Assembly: GCA_963693365.1 (NCBI GenBank)
Contig: CAVNZM010000003.1
Location: 8,411,076 to 8,475,075, forward strand
Reading direction: 5' to 3'
Length of the DNA: 64,000 nucleotides
Source: Amoebidium appalachense
Taxonomy: Eukaryota; Protista; Ichthyosporea
Shown here: positions 61,908 to 64,000 of the stretch, piece by piece
How the letters are laid out: the number at the start of each line of letters is the position of its first letter
Position numbering within the stretch: the first letter of the stretch is position 1
The notes under the pieces: model-generated
Database searches by the model: none
What the model saw: only the letters and a program-made list of their open reading frames with translations
What the model was told of the DNA's origin: nothing
Made by a program: the position numbers and the translations under genes

Positions 61908-63419
61908 ATGGCTTTAACACAGACATTGTCGGTAAAGCCCCACTGCTTCTTCAAGTTTGTCAAACGCAATACCCAACATTTCAAGTTGGAAGACGCACAT
62001 CTGAAACCCCGCAACACCCAGACATACAAGTGGGCTATGGGGGACGTCTGTCTCTCCATCAACTTGTGGAGCACTCAAAATGATGTCGAACCAGTCTGTC
62101 TGACCTGTGTTACATCTCTGGTTTTTGAAGCAGGGCTGGGTGGCTACAGATTGTTGTTTATTTGTATTCGTCAAACAGCTGGAACGGAATACAAGTTTGC
62201 TGTAAGGTATGATTCAAAAAGCCGGTTTCTCGTGGACCAGCGGAAGCACCGTTTCGGGTCGATTGTGGTGAAGTGTGCTCCCTACGTGGCCGAAAAGTAC
62301 AAACAGGCTATTGTCCCTGGAAGACCTACCCCCTCGGACATGATGGAGGACATACAAAAAACGTGGCCACTTCTATTTGACTGGTACAACGGTCTCGTTG
62401 ATCTTCAGAAGTCACTGACCGAGCTGATTGGGGTTGGCTCCGTTGAAGCCTCACCGGCTGTGGCAGGGTGTGGCGCCAGGTCTCGGGACAACACCTTCGT
62501 ACTGCTGCAAACCTATCTGCCAAAATCTGTTCGTTTTTCCCCTGGCACATCCCTCAAAATAGAGCATAATAGTGATGCTGTCCCCAAGTCCACACCAGCA
62601 CTCAGTGTTGTGACGGACAATGGTAAAATGTCCACTTGGAAGGTGTCAGCAGGAAAGTGGGGTTTCAGATGCCCGAAAGCATTCGTGTCGAACCTCTCTT
62701 CATGGCTGAAAAGCCAAGAACGTGAGCGCTACTATATAATGCATGTGTCGAGCCCAGAGCATGCTTCTGTTGTCATTATCGATTCGCAAGTCAAGGTGGT
62801 CGAGTGCTTTAACGTGTCTGCCCCGGCAGGGCTAATCGCTGACGCCCTCTGTATGTTCCTTGAGGGGGCCGGTTACACTGGAAGCTCGAAAGTTCTGCGC
62901 ACCTACCAACACGAATCTGTATGTAAGAGCCTTCAGACAAGTTTGAGGAGGGTTTTGTATGAGGAACTTGTCGATAGAAACGAAATACACGACTCGGCAT
63001 GTGCCTCCTGGTTGATGGTCTACATACTCCTGCGCACGTCAAGCTTCGACTGGGGTTCCCAACCGGGCAATGGAAACACCATTGGGGAACGGGTCTGCAA
63101 TCATATAACGACAAAGCTTGAGAAGGTGGACAGAGGATTCCGGGCAGTCTACAAAATCGGGGCCGTGCTGTCCCTGTACGGGAAGCAACTGACCGAACTC
63201 TACTGGGCTAAGATGCATGGAGGAGAGATAAATGTGGTGCAGCCGAATCTTGATGACCCACGGTACACACAGGTAATAAGAGAGGTAATAACCAAGAAAA
63301 CGGTCGTGTTGACCGATGCCGAGCTTGAAGCCGCAGGACTGCCGAGGCGCAGGGATGGAGAGCGGCTTGTGGAAGACATCGCGAAAGCAGCAGCGACAAC
63401 TCCGAATGCAAGTGTGTGA
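61908..63419 (+). CDS. 503-aa protein with a C-terminal clan CE (Ulp1/adenain-like) cysteine protease-like domain
   Basis: YYIMHVSSPEHASVVIIDSQVKVVECFN...LQ...SACASWLMVYILLR shows the His...Asp/Asn...Gln...Cys order seen in viral CE-clan proteases. Intronless. Confidence 0.6.
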   Translation: MALTQTLSVKPHCFFKFVKRNTQHFKLEDAHLKPRNTQTYKWAMGDVCLSINLWSTQNDVEPVCLTCVTSLVFEAGLGGYRLLFICIRQTAGTEYKFAVRYDSKSRFLVDQRKHRFGSIVVKCAPYVAEKYKQAIVPGRPTPSDMMEDIQKTWPLLFDWYNGLVDLQKSLTELIGVGSVEASPAVAGCGARSRDNTFVLLQTYLPKSVRFSPGTSLKIEHNSDAVPKSTPALSVVTDNGKMSTWKVSAGKWGFRCPKAFVSNLSSWLKSQERERYYIMHVSSPEHASVVIIDSQVKVVECFNVSAPAGLIADALCMFLEGAGYTGSSKVLRTYQHESVCKSLQTSLRRVLYEELVDRNEIHDSACASWLMVYILLRTSSFDWGSQPGNGNTIGERVCNHITTKLEKVDRGFRAVYKIGAVLSLYGKQLTELYWAKMHGGEINVVQPNLDDPRYTQVIREVITKKTVVLTDAELEAAGLPRRRDGERLVEDIAKAAATTPNASV

Positions 63420-63775
63420 TATATCTGTGATATCTCTGGCTTGCTTCTCTTTCATACTAATTATGTGACAGATACGCGTGGTTTGATTGGTACGAGCTGA
63501 AGGGGACAAAGCAGCTCATTGCCAAGTTGGACGGAAAAAATCTGCAGTGCAGATAATATTGTGCGGTCAGATATGTGTTCGCTGTTGTCGGGTCGTCCGA
63601 CAATTGTGATCAACATCCGAATGAGACAATAATCATCATCCCTGAAATTCAGGGTTCATTAGTTTGGTGCCCAAACTCACCATCACCATCGATTTTGGCA
63701 CCATCGGTGGTTAGACCTGAAGGTATAAAAGGAGCAGTCCAGACCATAATTCATCATTCTGCAGCAACCATCAAG

Positions 63776-64000
63776 ATGGAGACAACCCAGAACATGGACA
63801 TCAACAACAACATGCAGAGCGACAACATCGACAGCATGGACACGGACGACAGTATGGAGGAGAACGCATCCCTTGAGGACACCATCCGCACCCTTCTGCT
63901 TGACCCCGAGCGCTCCCGCATCCGCTACTGGGCGCTCCTCTCCGACCACACCGACCTGCACGAGCGTGCCGCCACAGCCCTCGGCGACACCAAGCGATTT
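63776..64000 (+). CDS. 5' part of a hypothetical protein (runs off the window)
   Basis: TATAAAAG at 63724, then ATG 63776: METTQNMDINNNMQSDNIDSMDTDDSMEENASLEDTIRTLLLDPERSRIRYWALLSDH..., open to the end. Confidence 0.7.
   Translation, partial: METTQNMDINNNMQSDNIDSMDTDDSMEENASLEDTIRTLLLDPERSRIRYWALLSDHTDLHERAATALGDTKRF

Overview
Eukaryotic genomic DNA with GT-AG spliceosomal introns full of (CA)n and poly-C/G tracts. Gene content and style suggest a unicellular opisthokont, possibly an ichthyosporean (inference only). Positions 1 to ~38.0 kb hold ordinary intron-rich host genes, reconstructed by hand: a partial Ser/Pro-rich gene, OSTF1 (SH3 + ankyrin), a small basic protein, a protein with a FAT-like four-helix bundle, mitochondrial uL4, a probable LINE remnant and a signal-peptide DnaJ gene. 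About 400 bp upstream of the DnaJ start codon is a 366-bp, near-perfect GC-rich palindrome with nested mini-hairpins (38343-38708). From there to the window end the sequence looks like an endogenised large dsDNA virus or virus-like element, with mostly intronless ORFs, TATAAAAG/CCAAT promoters and minisatellites. It encodes an SF3 (D5/DUF5906-like) helicase whose N-terminus resembles a degenerate HUH Rep domain, followed by an AGCT iteron-like cluster. It also encodes three PD-(D/E)XK-like paralogues, a Bro-N/KilA-like protein, a clan CE-like cysteine protease, a C2H2 zinc-finger protein and a six-intron KDM4-like JmjC demethylase. No capsid, PolB, packaging ATPase or integrase is visible, so the element's class is unresolved. 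All homology calls are from motif recognition by eye; no searches were run.
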